DNA of 57,018 nt, the filler included, from Jimgerdemannia flammicorona (lineage: Eukaryota): assembly GCA_003990765.1 (NCBI GenBank). It is 3 parts of 3 records of this genome, joined end to end, with 100 filler letters (N's around TTAATTAATTAA, not from the genome) between each part and the next. Parts side by side here need not be neighbours in the genome. Positions count along the whole stretch, not along the records: positions 1 to 18,947 come from RBNJ01002068.1; 2 more parts are not named here. One strand, given 5' to 3'. The translations under genes were made by a program, and so were the position numbers. Below, piece after piece: positions 1-13,945 of the stretch. The notes under the pieces are model-generated. The model saw nothing but the letters and a program-made list of their open reading frames with translations, ran no database searches and was not told the DNA's origin. Each line of letters opens with the position of its first letter. Within the stretch, counting starts at the first letter, position 1.

Positions 1-3000
1 TGGAGAGTTACTGGCCCCCCAGTGACCCCAATCCTCCCCCTACTCTTTCTGCAGATACTCTCTACCAGCTTCCTATAGATTCCTCCTCCCAGTCCCCACC
101 CCCACCACTAACTATTCAGAATGTCCAGCAATAATCACTTTCACCTTGCAGTCTATGCCCCAAGTACCAGATGCTGACCATTCTCAAATACATAAAGCCA
201 ATATCTGACAAGTCCAATCCAAATGGCCAGAGTCTACCTAAGAGTCAAACACTCATCCCCAACACTACCCACCAGCCTCTACCAGAGATCTCCCCACCTT
301 CTACTCTCCATCCTCTCCAAAGATTGCAGCTCCAGCCAGCTCTCAATGATCCTCCAAAAATCTCTCAAGACCTTATACTCCTCCAGCCAATGCTCAGGAG
401 TTTATACTATATCTCCCATCTGCTCTACATTAAGACACTCTTTACACTTCAGATCACTCCCTTCTACCAAGTGTCTAGACCAGTAATTTAGTATCATATT
501 GTACCATAATAGCCTCCACTATACTACTCAGAACTTGGGGGGAAGTTATCTTACCACCTTCTTGTACTAGGGCCAGATGCCATTTTAGTCTCACTCTCTA
601 TCTATTCTTACCCCCTGCTAGATCTCTGGCTACAGATCCCTCCTATGCTCTCACAGATATTCTATACTATTCTCTAGAAGAAATTCATCCACCAGAACAC
701 CCCCTAACAGTAGACAATCTCATCTCTATATCTGGGGTCCCCATTTCTTCTCTCTCTTATTACTCCTCTATCTGAGTCTAATATGATGAGCACTATCTAC
801 CACTCTCTACCAGAATCCTCTATAGTATAACTTTCTACTCCCCCTAAGTACCACTAGAGAGAGCAGGTCACCAGTCATATCTTGGAGAGAGTACTAAACC
901 TCCCACACTCTCTGCATAAGTAGTACTCACTCTCTACTCTATAATTCACTTGCTTGCTTCAGCCACCATACCCTCAAGCTGTGTAGGTACTTGGTAAAGT
1001 CTACCAGGCCTAGGCCTCCTCTGTCTACTGATAATATCAATATCTCCTAACCAATCTAGCTCTGCTGCTCTACTCAAATCTAAGATCTGGCCAATATTAT
1101 CAGCCTCTTAGCTACCTATACTGGAAAGTCCAAATGATATCTCAAATATTATAGCTTAGACAGCTAGTATATATTCAGTACTAGCACTCTTTCTGCCAGA
1201 GAGCTATATCAACAACTCTACCTCAAGATAATATCTCCTTACTTAAGTAGTCACTACTCTTACCAACTATGAGATAACAGAGAGTCATATATCAAAAAAT
1301 AGATCTCCAGATAGCAGACTGCCTCTCTTACTGAGACAACTGTTCTAATCACATCTCCTCCTACAATTTCCTTACCTAGGACCAGAGTCTCATACTTATA
1401 CCAATTGAGTTTAGTACCCAAGTATCTCTCATACTATTCAACTACACTCTTCAGTACTACCACATCTACCACAGAGCTCAGCCTGACTATTATATTATCA
1501 GCAAAGGCTCCAACCTTCCAGTTCACTCTCAGAATATTTAATCCCCCCCTACCCTGCACTATATTCTGTCCAACAAGGGCTCCAATGAGAGGGCATAAAG
1601 GATCAGCAATAGTGGATCTCTCTGTGGCACTCCTCTGCTCAGGGAGAAGAACTCTCCCCTATATCTATTCACTATAATAGCTGCCTGACTCCCCTTCAAT
1701 AGACTAATTAATGATCTCCTAAACCCTGGGGGGACTCCCATTCTCTTAAATACTCCCTCCAGTCATATATACTGAACTCTGTCATAAGTCTTCTCTTGAT
1801 CCAGAAAGACTAGTCAACCATTAACCTCAGCTGTACAAGTACCCTCAATGATACTATGAACTCACACTATCCTATCTTAGATTAAATAACTTCTGACAAA
1901 ACCCCTCTACTCTGTCCCTAATACCTACTGAGCCACTCTTTATAACCTGGCTACCAAAATCTTTATTACCAACTTGTGATCTATATCCAGAAGCATGATC
2001 AGCCTCCAGTTCTTTCAATTCTCTCTCCTCTTCTTGTTCTTGTACAATAGAGCTATAGGTCCTAGAAACTGTCTCCCAATCTAGGTCTCTGAGCCAATGA
2101 CTTCTATACATCTATACTAGCTATTCTCTTCCAAAAATCTCAAGACTGTCTATCCTCTCCTAAGACTGTCTCTATACTCATTATTGCCAAAATCTGACAA
2201 ACCTCCTCTCCTCTCACAGAGACTCCAGTTCATCTAGGCCCACAGTTGGGTCTGGGTGCCAATTCTCCAGCTACTGTTCAATGTCTAGTATATCTTCACC
2301 ACTCTCCTCCTTACTCAACAACTGCCTCCAGTAAGACTACATATAATAGGTCTAAGATCTCTAGTATCTCAGTCACTATATCCCCTATCTCATTCAATAC
2401 TCCTTTCTACTACTGTCTTATCCTCTTTACCTAAAGCAGTCTTGACAGAAACTTTATAGATTGCTCCCCCTCCTCCAGACCCTGCTACTGTAATCATACC
2501 ACCAACTCCTTCATCTGCAGTTCCTCCTCCTGTCTAAACAGCCCCTTCAGTTCTTCCATCTTCACTATATCCATTGAGTTCTCTAATCTCCTTCCTCACA
2601 ATCAACCAAAGTCCCAGCCCACTTCTCCAGTAGTCTCTCTAACCTCTATAAAGCCCACCTAATATGACTTCTCTTTTAGGCTCCACTCTCTCTCTCAGTC
2701 TTACCCCAGTATTGCTGAGTATCAGATTTCAACTGCTGCTAACAATCTCTAATCTCTATCCCCTGCACCCTCTAGCTAATAATCCTAATACTAATATCTA
2801 CTACCTATTCATCTATAAGGTGTAATCTCCCAGCAACAAAATATTTAGGTACTAATGTTCAGACCCATCCCCACTATTCCCAAACCTCTCATTGCCTAGT
2901 AAACTCCAGTGGTCAGACCACAGGCACCAGACTATCTCAATCTCACTCCAGACATCTGCACCTCAGCACTCAGCAGTCAGTATTCAGTTAGTACTCAGTC

Positions 3001-5610
3001 AATCCTTGATCTCAACTCTGCCACCCAGTGAGTATAGATCTGATGATCTCTCTATCCAAGTCACCCTGCATCTACTAAGGAGCTCAATCTCTCAATCTCC
3101 TTCCAGTCTTCTATCCCTCCACTCTGACCCACTATCCCTCTCCCTCTATCTGTCTTATCTAACAGTCTATCACATATCATATTAAAGTCACTCTCCAGAT
3201 AGTTAATCTCTACAGCTGTCATTATATCTTCCTCTTGCAGACCCCTTATCCAATCCTCCCATTTCTCTCTTTCTGTTAGACAGTAATATGATCCAACAGT
3301 CAAGGGGCTCCAGCCCAATCTCCTCTACACTCCTTACACCAGTCTGTCCCCCCAATGTCCAATGTCTCCAATATCCCCCTTGTCCTTCCTAATCAGAATG
3401 TCCACCTGATCCTACCATACTGCTATATCTCCCCATTCTCTTGTCTAATTCTGTAAGTCCAAGCCAACATCATAGCCTATATCTTATAATAAAAAAAAAT
3501 CCACATCCATTCTCTTCAACCAGCAGAAGATATTCTGGTATCTTGCTAAATCTTTCAAATCATTGACATTTAAAGAGAAGATTACAGTTATACTGTTTAT
3601 ATTGAATAATGTTCAAAGAGTAAGTGTTCACCCTACAATTTCATACTCACTATATTGCCAGCAACATCTAGGTTCTTCTCTACCTTAAGCTCATCTGTCT
3701 CTTCCTGCTGAGCCTCTAAGATCTTCAAGATCTTCTGATAATCTGCACTATCCACTACTTTTATCTCTGTTCTATACCTCTTATATATCATCTGCCACTT
3801 TGCTAGCTCCTTCCTCAGGACCTACATATATATGGTCTGATCATTTACAATCATCAGAAGCTCTGTCTCTCTGCTATCATCTATTTGATATGTCTCAGCC
3901 TCCAGCAAAGCTGCCATCCTGGAGTTTCTGTAGTACCTCCTCACTATACAGAATTTCACCCCAGTATCTCTTACTCAGTATCTGAAAGTCCTCTCCCCCC
4001 CAGTTCCTTAGCTGCCACATTCTCTAGTATTTTCTATAGCTATTTCTCCTTGTCCACAGCCTCCTCCACTCTCTGGACCACTCTCTTCCTCTCTTCCACC
4101 TGCCTATCCTCAACATTCCTTCTCACTAACTTATCCCAATCCTCCTCCAATATATCTTACAGTTTATTATCTCCTCTAACCCTATCTGGCACTCTATACT
4201 GAGGGCACTCCCCCTCTACCATCTCCTCATCCTCTATAATAACACTCAGTCCAGAGCCTCCTCTCCCTCCTGGGGTCTCCTCTGGTACTACTTCCTTCTC
4301 CCCTGCCCAGGCACTTGCCCTTAAACCATCTTCTTCAGTGATGGGCTCCTCTGCCACCCCCTCTCTCAACTTAGCCAACAGATCTTTCTGAATGCACCTC
4401 CCCTGTGTCTTCTTCCAGACTGCCCAATCTAGCTATATCATCTTTCCATTCACAATATCTACTACTGTCTTGGCCTCAAACTTCTTTCAGGCCAATCTCC
4501 TCCTCTCTATAGTCCCAGCCAGATCCTCTAACACCTCCAGCAAGTTCTCTTCTTCCTCCAGCATCTCTTTTACTCTTGAGACTTTGCACTCCACAGGTCT
4601 CTATTTGAGGACTGCTGGTCAGTCCCTCACTTTCTCCATATTCTTCTTATCTGTCAGTTGCACCCTGATGTCTACATCTCCTATTCTGAACTCCATGCCT
4701 TCTTAGACCCAAAATCCAACATCTACAATATCTCCATACTCCTTGATGGCCTCTATAATCAATCCTCTGGCCATCTCCTTCAACACTATAGGAACATCCA
4801 ATTCTGTCAGCTATACTACTTAGAGATCTCATTGCAAGTACTGGACTATAGAGATTACCACCCCTCCTCACTGCCACTCTCTTCTCCATTACTTCCAATA
4901 GTACTTTCTCCTTCTCAAAGCCCACCTCCACTCCTTCCAGACTTTTTAGAAATTTCACTGAGACTGCTCTCTTTACTTTCTGGGCCAGAAGTCCCAGAAT
5001 CATCCTCACTATCACCACTAAGCCCCAGAAATATAATATAATAGTGAATTCAGATCTCAATTTCTTAAATAATGGTACTACCATCAAGTCTATTATACTA
5101 TCTACCAGATCTCTAGGCCTCATGCCCACTCTCTGTTCAGATCTACCAACTACTATCATATCTGGATTTTTTTTCCAGATTAGTAGTCTTCTTACCATCA
5201 GCAGTTCTACTCCCCCCAGCCACTACTCCCCCAGCCCAGCTGCTCTCACTACTGAGAGCCACTCTACCAGACCCTATAGCCCTTACCATCTCTTTGCCCT
5301 TTCTCAGTCAACTCTCCAATCTAGTCACCAGATATCTCTCCTTCATCTTGTCCACAAAGCTCACCCTCTTAGTCCCCTGTCTCTCAGCACTACCTCCTCC
5401 TCTTTTATGGCCTCTAGCTAGCAAGTTCTACATACTTCCCTCTAAGCTATAACTCTTCTCTACATGCTGTCAGTCAAATGTACTAGGGCTGCCCTACCTA
5501 GTACTTATCTCAGAATACTCATTGGTTGCTATATTACTAGTATTTATTCTCTAAAAACAATATTTTAAGTATTGTCAGAAGTTTGTATAACCTGAATATT
5601 ACTAGAGAAA
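1..5610 (-). mobile_element. Degenerate L1/Tx1-like non-LTR retrotransposon (ORF1 + APE endonuclease/RT ORF2), 3' end beyond window edge
   Basis: Minus-strand remnants: endonuclease start 'IFSLNVNDLK...DFFLL*D' (~3590-3480), 'PWSDH' (~2915), and RT motif 'RGVPQRDPLLLILYALSLEPLL' (1559-1741 ORF; cf. GVRQGDPLSP..F..ALEPL). Many stops. Collinear with the copy at 49685-53447. Confidence 0.85.
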
Positions 5611-5688
5611 GTTCTGGTAAAAATCCAATATTTACTATCTCACCAAACTCTCTATAATCTCCTCCACTCTTCTTCTTATCTTAATAGT

Positions 5689-7015
5689 TATAGTGAGAAA
5701 TAAAAATGGATCAATGTTATATAATTATTACTTTATAAATTTATTATAATTTAAATATAAATATTATTAAATTATATACTTTTTAGAAAATATAAAATTT
5801 ATCTATATTTGGTAAATTAATTACATAGTTATTACTATTTAAAGTTAAATTAATCATTGGTCTATTTTTGTCCCTCACTGTTATCTTAATATTCTTTATG
5901 CCATAATTCATTTATAATAAAGCTAAATATTTAAATTTTTTTCTATATATTTATTTTAATACCCTCTATCTCTCTATACTATTTTAACTTCTTTTAAATG
6001 ATAAAAAGGTTGTCTACTGATATCTGAAACTATATTATCAATGAGTTGAAGTCTAGTAAGAAAAACCAACAGATTACATAACAAATAGAGATTGGTATAG
6101 CAACTATAAACCATATATGAAAGGCAGAGTATATTGATATCAAAAAGTGTGAAATGAGACTGCCTGCATAAGCTTTCCATTTATAATGAGATATGGGTCA
6201 TTTGTCAGGTGACAACAGATAAGGCAGATAACAGCAAAACAACTTAAAGATGATGGCAAAGATGACAGCAAAACATATATTAGTGTTAGCTTTATAATGA
6301 TGGTATTTGTGTAAAAAAAAATCAGAAAAAATGCTCAAGCTATCTCACATAAGCAGTTCAGTCAAATTCAGTGATTATTTGATAGTATATAATATATCAT
6401 AGCATCCAATAGGTGATTGTCATAGGACTAATACTAAGCTATCATCTTTGCCATTATCTTTAAGTTATTTTGCCATAACTGCCTTATCTGTCATCATCTG
6501 ACAAATGACTCATACTTTATTGTGAATAAAAAGCTTATATGGGTCATCTTGTTTCATATGCTTTTTGATATCAATGTACTCTGCCATTTATATATATTTC
6601 ATAGTTGCTATACCAACTTCTATTTATTATACAATCTGTTGATTTTTCTTACCAGATTTTAACTTACTGATAATATGGTTTCAGATATCAGTAGACAATC
6701 TTTTTATTATTTAAAAGAAGTTAAAATAGTATAGAGAGATAGAGGATATCAAAATAAATATATGGAAAATTTTTTAAATATTTAGCTTTATTATAAAATA
6801 AATGGACAAAAATGAACCAATGATTAATTTAACTTTAAATAGTAATAACTATGTAATCAATTTACCAAATATAGATAAATTTTATATTTTCTAAAAGATA
6901 TATAATTATTTTATTATTGGTTAAAATATCAATTTAATAATATTTATATTTAAATTATAATAAATTTATAAAGTAATAATCATATAATATTGGTCCATTT
7001 TTGTCTCTCACTATA
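5689..7015. mobile_element. Non-autonomous foldback / Tc1-mariner-like element with ~580-bp inverted arms
   Basis: 5689-~6270 is the reverse complement of ~6438-7015. Ends read TATAGTGAG...CTCACTATA (decayed TA|CAGTG). An internal inverted copy of the terminal motif (TGGTCTATTTTTGTCCCTCACTG) lies at ~5858-5880. Confidence 0.75.
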
Positions 7016-7039
7016 TCATTATAAATATCTCTTTTATTA

Positions 7040-7720
7040 GAAACTATATTACTCTTAGATCCTACCTTAGATACTAAGCTATCAGTACTACTACTTTGCC
7101 AACTAACAACCTAGTCCTCAAGACCTTCTCTAATGACTCTATTTCCTCAAACTCTATCTCAACTTCCTCTAACTTATATAAAAATTTTACTGAGGTCACT
7201 TTAGCTATCTGGTTTATTGACTTCTTAAGTAATAAAGCCACTACTAGGTTCATTATACTATCTGCCAGATTCTCCTTCCTTATATACTCTGTCTACCTAG
7301 TCTTATTATTAGTAGTCATATCTGGATTTTTTTTTTAGATTCACTCTAACCTCATTATTAATAATCACACTCTGGTTTTAAGTGATAGTTTCTTCTAATC
7401 TCTATATTTATCTCACTAGATATCAGCTCTCTAGCTCTTTTAATACTTACTCCATCCTTCTCTTTAGGCTTATTATCTCAAATATCTCTAGGCTAATTAT
7501 TTGTTGGTAAAGCTCATTGGTCTCTATTCTCTATCACCCAAACTAGATAACTGACTCTCACCAAATCCTCTCTTTCTACTAGTACTACTGACAAAGCTCA
7601 TTCTTAGATTGTAACCTCTCTCAATATATTACTAGCTAAATGCTCCAAATTTATCTAATCTATTATATCTATCAGAACTCCTATATATTGATATAATATT
7701 AATATATTTTCTTTAAAAAC
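7040..7720 (-). mobile_element. Heavily decayed 5' fragment of the same LINE family
   Basis: Matches ~4900-5600, e.g. 'catatctggattttttt...agatt' and 'aattttactgaggtcact'. Confidence 0.65.
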
Positions 7721-8232
7721 TATGTAGAAAGTATTATAAGAAGTTATGTAATATAAATTATAATAGAGAAAGGTAAGTAAATATATAATTCTTATAATGT
7801 TTTAAGATATATCAATTTGACTATAAAAAAAAATTTAAAAATCTATAAGTTTTTAATCTTTTTAATAATAATATTTTTTTATAGCTTATCTTTTTTATTT
7901 TAAATATAACTTAATATTACTTATAGAAGTCTTATATTTATCTTCTCTTATATTAATAATAGTTTTTGACTTAATATTCTTCTTTTATATTATTTTATTA
8001 TATATATATATTATTAGTTATATAATTGGTTATTTAAAATAATAAAAAGTCAATATTATTTATATTATATATTTAAAAAGTTAGTTTCTGACTATTTTTG
8101 ATATATTTATTTTTAGTAGTTTATTAATATATTCTTTAAATTATTTTTAATATAGTAGAGTATTCTTATTTTTATTTTTAATTTTAATTTTGAATTTATT
8201 ATATAGTAAGAGAAGTTTATTAACTTAAACTT

Positions 8233-11176
8233 TAAATATTATAATATAATAGATACCTAACCTCAGAAGTATAGTAGATTTCTGTATCTTAAAGCTTAAA
8301 CTTATTCTAACTCTTGTAGAGTTCTCAGAGTATAAGAGTATAAGTTTGAAGTATATCTACCTATAGGCTTACTAGTTCTCTTACTTTCTCTTTACTTTGA
8401 ACTATTTTGATCTAAGGTTTATTTACTCTAGATATTGAAATATTTATACAAGTTTACTAGCTATAAAGTAACTAAGTTATAACTATATTTTTTATAAGTC
8501 ACTTTTTATAAGTAATAAATCTTTTAATATCTATTAAGATTTCAATAATTGTAAGAATTTCAATATTTATAAAATTTTAGTAATTGTTAAAGTTTCTATA
8601 TTTATAGAATAACTACTATTTGTAAGACTATACTATATTTGAGAATTAGATTCAGATATTATAATCAAATGTTTATTTTTCTCAATCATCATAACTTTCT
8701 CCTGAATAGGTGATTCATTTCTAAAAAATCCTATCACTCAAACTCCCAAGTCTCAATTAGTTGAATCTCTTTATACTATATAATTTGTATCATTATATTC
8801 TCCTAATATTATTTCCTGATATATCTGAAATATTCTAGAGCTACTTCTTAGAAATAAGCTAGAGCTGACTCATCCTCTTTGAATAACTTATATATTCTCT
8901 TGATAATAATAATTTGAGTATAGAAGAGCTGACACTCTCTAATCCAATCTTCTTTTTCCATTTCTAGCTTTAAGTTTAGTAGCTATTCTAACTTGAAGAA
9001 TTTCTGGAACTTGGTCTAATTCTAGTAGATCTTGAAATATGAAATTTGTGGCAAGTATATCTATACTATACTCTGAATACTATCAAAGAATTCTTCTATA
9101 ATTAGTGACTCAGTAGAATACTACTGTTTTTCTATGACTCATTATATAGTACTGGTGATCTTGAGGGCTATAGTATTACTTTATTAGTTAGTCATAATAC
9201 TTCTTGAGCTAGTTTTAATAGATAGTAATAGAGATAATTATATCTAAGAGTTTTTATAACTAAAGATAGTATCTTTTATATCTTATATAAGATAAGATTC
9301 TTCTTACTTAGGCTCTAGTTTTTATGACTATGAAGCTTCTACCATATTCTGATATACTAGAACTTTCTCTTCTATTTTGATAATCTCTAAAGACTTATAA
9401 ATCTTCTCTACATTATTCTGTTATGGAGCTTATACCTTAGTTATATAATTCTTAGCCTTTTTTCTAATTTAGTATAGTCTCTATATCTTTATGTCTATGT
9501 ATTTTTAAGTATAGAATTACTTAGTCATTTGTCAAGAACCTGTTTCCTAAATAGTTCTACTAAGATTCTATTAATTACTAATTAATACTTAGTAACTCTC
9601 TGTAATATTCTACTAAGTTTTACTAAGTATGACTTATTACTTAATACATATCTAGCTTAGTAATATTCTATCTATTTCTTCTTCTTTCTATTTCTCTTAT
9701 ATAAATATCTTCTTAAAATATCTCAATAAAGCTCAGTTTAGTTAGTTTACTCAAATCTCCTAAAGGCAATTAAACTTCTCAAGTTTTATTTCTTAAATCT
9801 AGTTATATATTTCTATTTGAATATTTGCTAATATGTAGTCTAAAGTTTCAGATTTCATCTGACTTAACTATATTGAAGTACTCTTGCACTTCAATAAGTA
9901 TAATTGTTTTCTATAACATATATATTTATTACAGAACTTCTAACTATAAATAAATTCTTTAATAGTATTTAAAGTTATATATAGACTCATCTTTTACAAA
10001 TTTCTCACTTTAGAGTTTACTAATACTAGATAGAATTTTAAGAATACTTTAAGTTGAAAAAATCTTTTAATTAATAATTCAACAAAATAAAGAAAAACTA
10101 AATTATTATCTGTCAGATATTCTATACTCAAGTTATTATTATCAAATAAATCTTTAAGTTATTCAAAAAAATAAGTTAGCTATAGCCTATTTTTGAGAAA
10201 TAGTACTAAGAGACTTTATACAAATAAAGAGATACTATTAGAGAAATATAATTGAGCAGATTGTATTTTATAGATCTTATAGAAGATAGAGACTTAGAAG
10301 TTTAAATAAATATTTTAGAGATAAAATCATCTATTTAAAAGAAAGTTGTAATATATAATCTAAATTAAGAATAAAAATTAGAGAATAGATATTTAATCAT
10401 AATATCTGAATCTGATTTCTATATAGTATAGTAATATAGTTAGCAGTCATCTAATCTAATAGTTATAAAAAAAACTGATAATTGTAAAAAATCTTATATC
10501 TATAAGAAATCTAACAATTATAAAAAATTTCATAGTTGTAAGATAACTTATATATAGTTTAGCTATAATATAGCTAATAAACTTATATAAATAACTCCAG
10601 TATCTATGGATGAGACTGACTAGATATTAGCTATATATATTTGAGAAAGATAAGTAGATAAGCTTAGAGAAAAAAGTAGTGAGATAAGAGTGGTTAATAG
10701 GAGATATTCTGTCTAGCTGATAGATAAGGTGAGATCTTAAAAATGGATGGTGATAATATCTGATAGAGAATATTTATAAGTAAAGTAGAGGGTAGATTAT
10801 AGTAGTTAATAGACTAATAATCTTCTATTATAATAGAGAGAGAGAGAAACCCCCTAGAGAGATTGAATAGGGGGTAAGATTATTATATATTTTATAGATA
10901 TAGATTGGTTTGGTAATAAATAAAGAAGTCAAAATAACTATAAAAAGAAAAAATATAAAATAAAAAAAATAACTCTAGTATCTAGAGTAAATAAATCTCA
11001 GATCAAAATAGTTTAAAGTAAAGAGATAAGAGAACTAGTAAGTCTGTAGATAGATATACTTCAATCTTACTTATTTTATATCTTTGAGAACTCTGAGAAG
11101 TTTAAGAAGATCAAATATTTAAGATAAAAAAATCTGCAATACTTCTGAAATTAAGTATCTAATATTATAATATCTA
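8233..11176. mobile_element. Decayed DNA transposon with ~450-bp terminal inverted repeats
   Basis: 8233-~8685 is reverse-complementary to ~10378-10606 plus ~10985-11176. The ~1.7-kb interior is too mutated to classify. Confidence 0.65.
10607..10966 (+). mobile_element. 5'-truncated LINE 3' end with A-rich tail, inserted into the right TIR
   Basis: Flanked by the direct repeat AAATAACTC(C/T)AGTATCTA (10589-10606, 10967-10984). Ends in an A-rich tail. Similar to the reverse complement of the LINE 3' region at ~38120-38250. Confidence 0.7.
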
Positions 11177-13945
11177 TAAATATCTTTTGGACTTTATAAT
11201 ATTCTAGCTTTATTTTAATAAATAATAAATTATATTTATTAGAATTGTATTAAATAAAATAAACTAGTTTATATATAATATATTATCTATTTAGAAATTT
11301 TAAGTAATATTTATATATTAAATATATAAAAAGAATTTAAAGTTATTCAAAGCTCAGAACTCTGTCTTAATACTAAAAAGTACAACTTTATTAAATACTT
11401 TATAAAAAAAATTAAATTTTATTTTAGAACAGATTGAATTATATTTATAATGAAAAATATATTTTGAAAAAAAAAAAAAAAAAAAAAAAAGTTTTTTTTT
11501 AAAATAAAATTTATCTGCTTAGCTATATTCTTATTTAGAGACTAATAGATATATAAGATTAAAAAAGAGAAAATAGTGAGACTTGATTTTGCTTTTATTC
11601 AAAAGAGCTTATTAGTTATATAGCTCAAAAATAATCAAAACAGACAATATTACTATCTGGTCAGTTAGTTTCAAGAAACTAATAGTATATATATCTAAAC
11701 AAATTACTAAACTAGAGACATTTTAATAGTTTCTGAGTTCTGATAGAAAATAGTATATAATATAAATATAAGAAAAGTAATATCTTTTTTCTTATTATAG
11801 ATTATTGAAAGAATTTATCAAGAGAAGTGTTCAGAATAAAGTTGCAGATGGAGGTCCATGTATAGTATATTGGTGTTGAAAAAAAAAAAAAAAATTTCTT
11901 GTGATTTTATTGAGTTATATACACAAATACTTAGGAAGTAGCCAGCAAAATGGAGCGAAGCGACATTTACAGTCGACACAGTTCCACGGTAGAGCTCAAA
12001 GAATTGCGCCCGAAACAGCCTCTCTCAATACCTACCGCCTTTATTACACTTCCCCGCTCTGAGCACACGAACCGGTTTATTCGGTACCTTCTCCACGACC
12101 GTGGCGTGGCATCTTGTCTTACGGTACGGGTAATGATGAATATGCCGTTTAGGTTTTCGTATATACCCTCGTATAACATATAATGAACTCCCATCGTTCC
12201 ACCTCACAAATCCCCAGTATTTTTCGTACATCCATATCCGAGCAATACTAATGTTAATACAGCAGCGAAGGCTAAAAAGATAACCAATAAAAAATCTGTA
12301 AATTTTGACCTTTGAAATTCTAAGAATCTAGTGCTCCTCTCCTAACGAATCGGTTTATCGAATCAATCTACATTCCGAACTATCAGCTATTATTTGGATT
12401 GGAGCACCTTTCAATTTATTTATTTATTTATTTGGAACCACTTTATATCGATAGCCTAGACAGCCTGCACAGCGCGTATAATATGAGGAGTCATAGCCAG
12501 GTTGCAGGATTTGATTCTTAAGGTGTCGAGTCATTTGTGCGCGCAGGTGTGATAATCTCAGCAATGAGATAATATGCCTACATATAATGCGTTCCCAATA
12601 AACTGCTATCAGAATGACAAATAAGCTTGCCGCCCTGTAACGCACTGAAGTGGAATAAACTAATGATAGCGGTGTACCAAATCGAAATCTAAAAGAACTC
12701 TAATGTTTACGATGGCCCATGAACTCTTAAAATATATGAAGCAAAAATCCGAAATAAAAAACGCAGCAGAGCACCATTCATCGATAACGCTTCTTTCGGG
12801 CATCAAAAGTTAAGTTTGTGAACCTGACTTGCCGTTACTCCTACCTAAACAAAGCAATCGTGATCTTCCTTGCCGATCATAGTCAAAGTTTGTTGTCAAA
12901 TATTTCCGTTGGGGTGTCAAACTTTCCAGGATTTTCATTCATCTGATACATGTTAGCGGTTGCGTACGCTGAAGAACTACTGCATCTTAATGTATAGGAA
13001 GATACTCAACAGGACGTCGTAGCGATCACGCTGGAGGTGGGCTTCGCTCTCTATCGAAAGCCGCCTTTCCCCCAATACCTGGGAGTTAACCAAGTCGTGA
13101 GGTGTGCCGACGCCGACCAAAGTGGCACTAGGTGGATGCAGCGCAACAACTATTGTTGACCTCGGCATGGTCATCGTCGGTCTCTCCCAACGCGTACAGA
13201 CTTAATAGATATTCACTACCAAATATACATTGAATTATAAAATTTCTTTGGCGAAAGCCACTACGACAAGGTAAAACTGCCGAGAGCTCTCAGTGATGGT
13301 TTAGGCCCCTTTCTGTAAAAGTTGACTTCATCCGTGAAGTGTAAAGTAAAGATACCACTGGTTCGACCTAGATTCTGGTTGGCAAATCGATGACGTAATA
13401 TCATATATGAAGTTTATTTATGGATTGGTATATACCTTTTCATCTCATGTGTGACTACATATAGAATCAACCATCACGAACATAATACAAGCGGCCATCA
13501 TTCACCACCTAACGCGCCTATCACCTCGTCTCGGTAAATTACATACATTTTCCACACACTCGACCATATTCCTTTAGCGCTGTAACCTTGCCCGCGTTTC
13601 CTCTCTACGCAGGCAATATTCTCCATCCCCCTCCTAACATTAGATTGATTCAGTCACTAAGTCTGTCTTCTCGTTCGTTGCCTGTCGCAAGGGGGTACTT
13701 ATGGAATATTCGATACTAGGCGAGGATTCTCAAAGGTTTGAGGTTTGAAATTACAAAGCACCATTGCTTCTCTGTTCAATTCCAGCATTCAGAACCAAGT
13801 CACGGTAACTGTACTGGGTGATGTCATTAAGTTCCGTCCTTCTCATAAAATTTTGAAAAAAAAAAAAGAAAGACAAATCCCCTTTATCCTCTTCCTACCT
13901 ACCTCCCACACCCTACACTTCCCACCCAGCGCAACGACGTTAACA

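Noticed and set aside
11950..13400. Short ORFs in CpG-rich DNA upstream of the large gene
   Set aside because: Under 80 aa, no codon bias or motif that I can recognise.
13745..13945. N-terminal extension of the 1479-aa ORF
   Set aside because: Starts at TTG and crosses a poly-A, pyrimidine-rich UTR-like stretch; the ATG at 13946 fits better.
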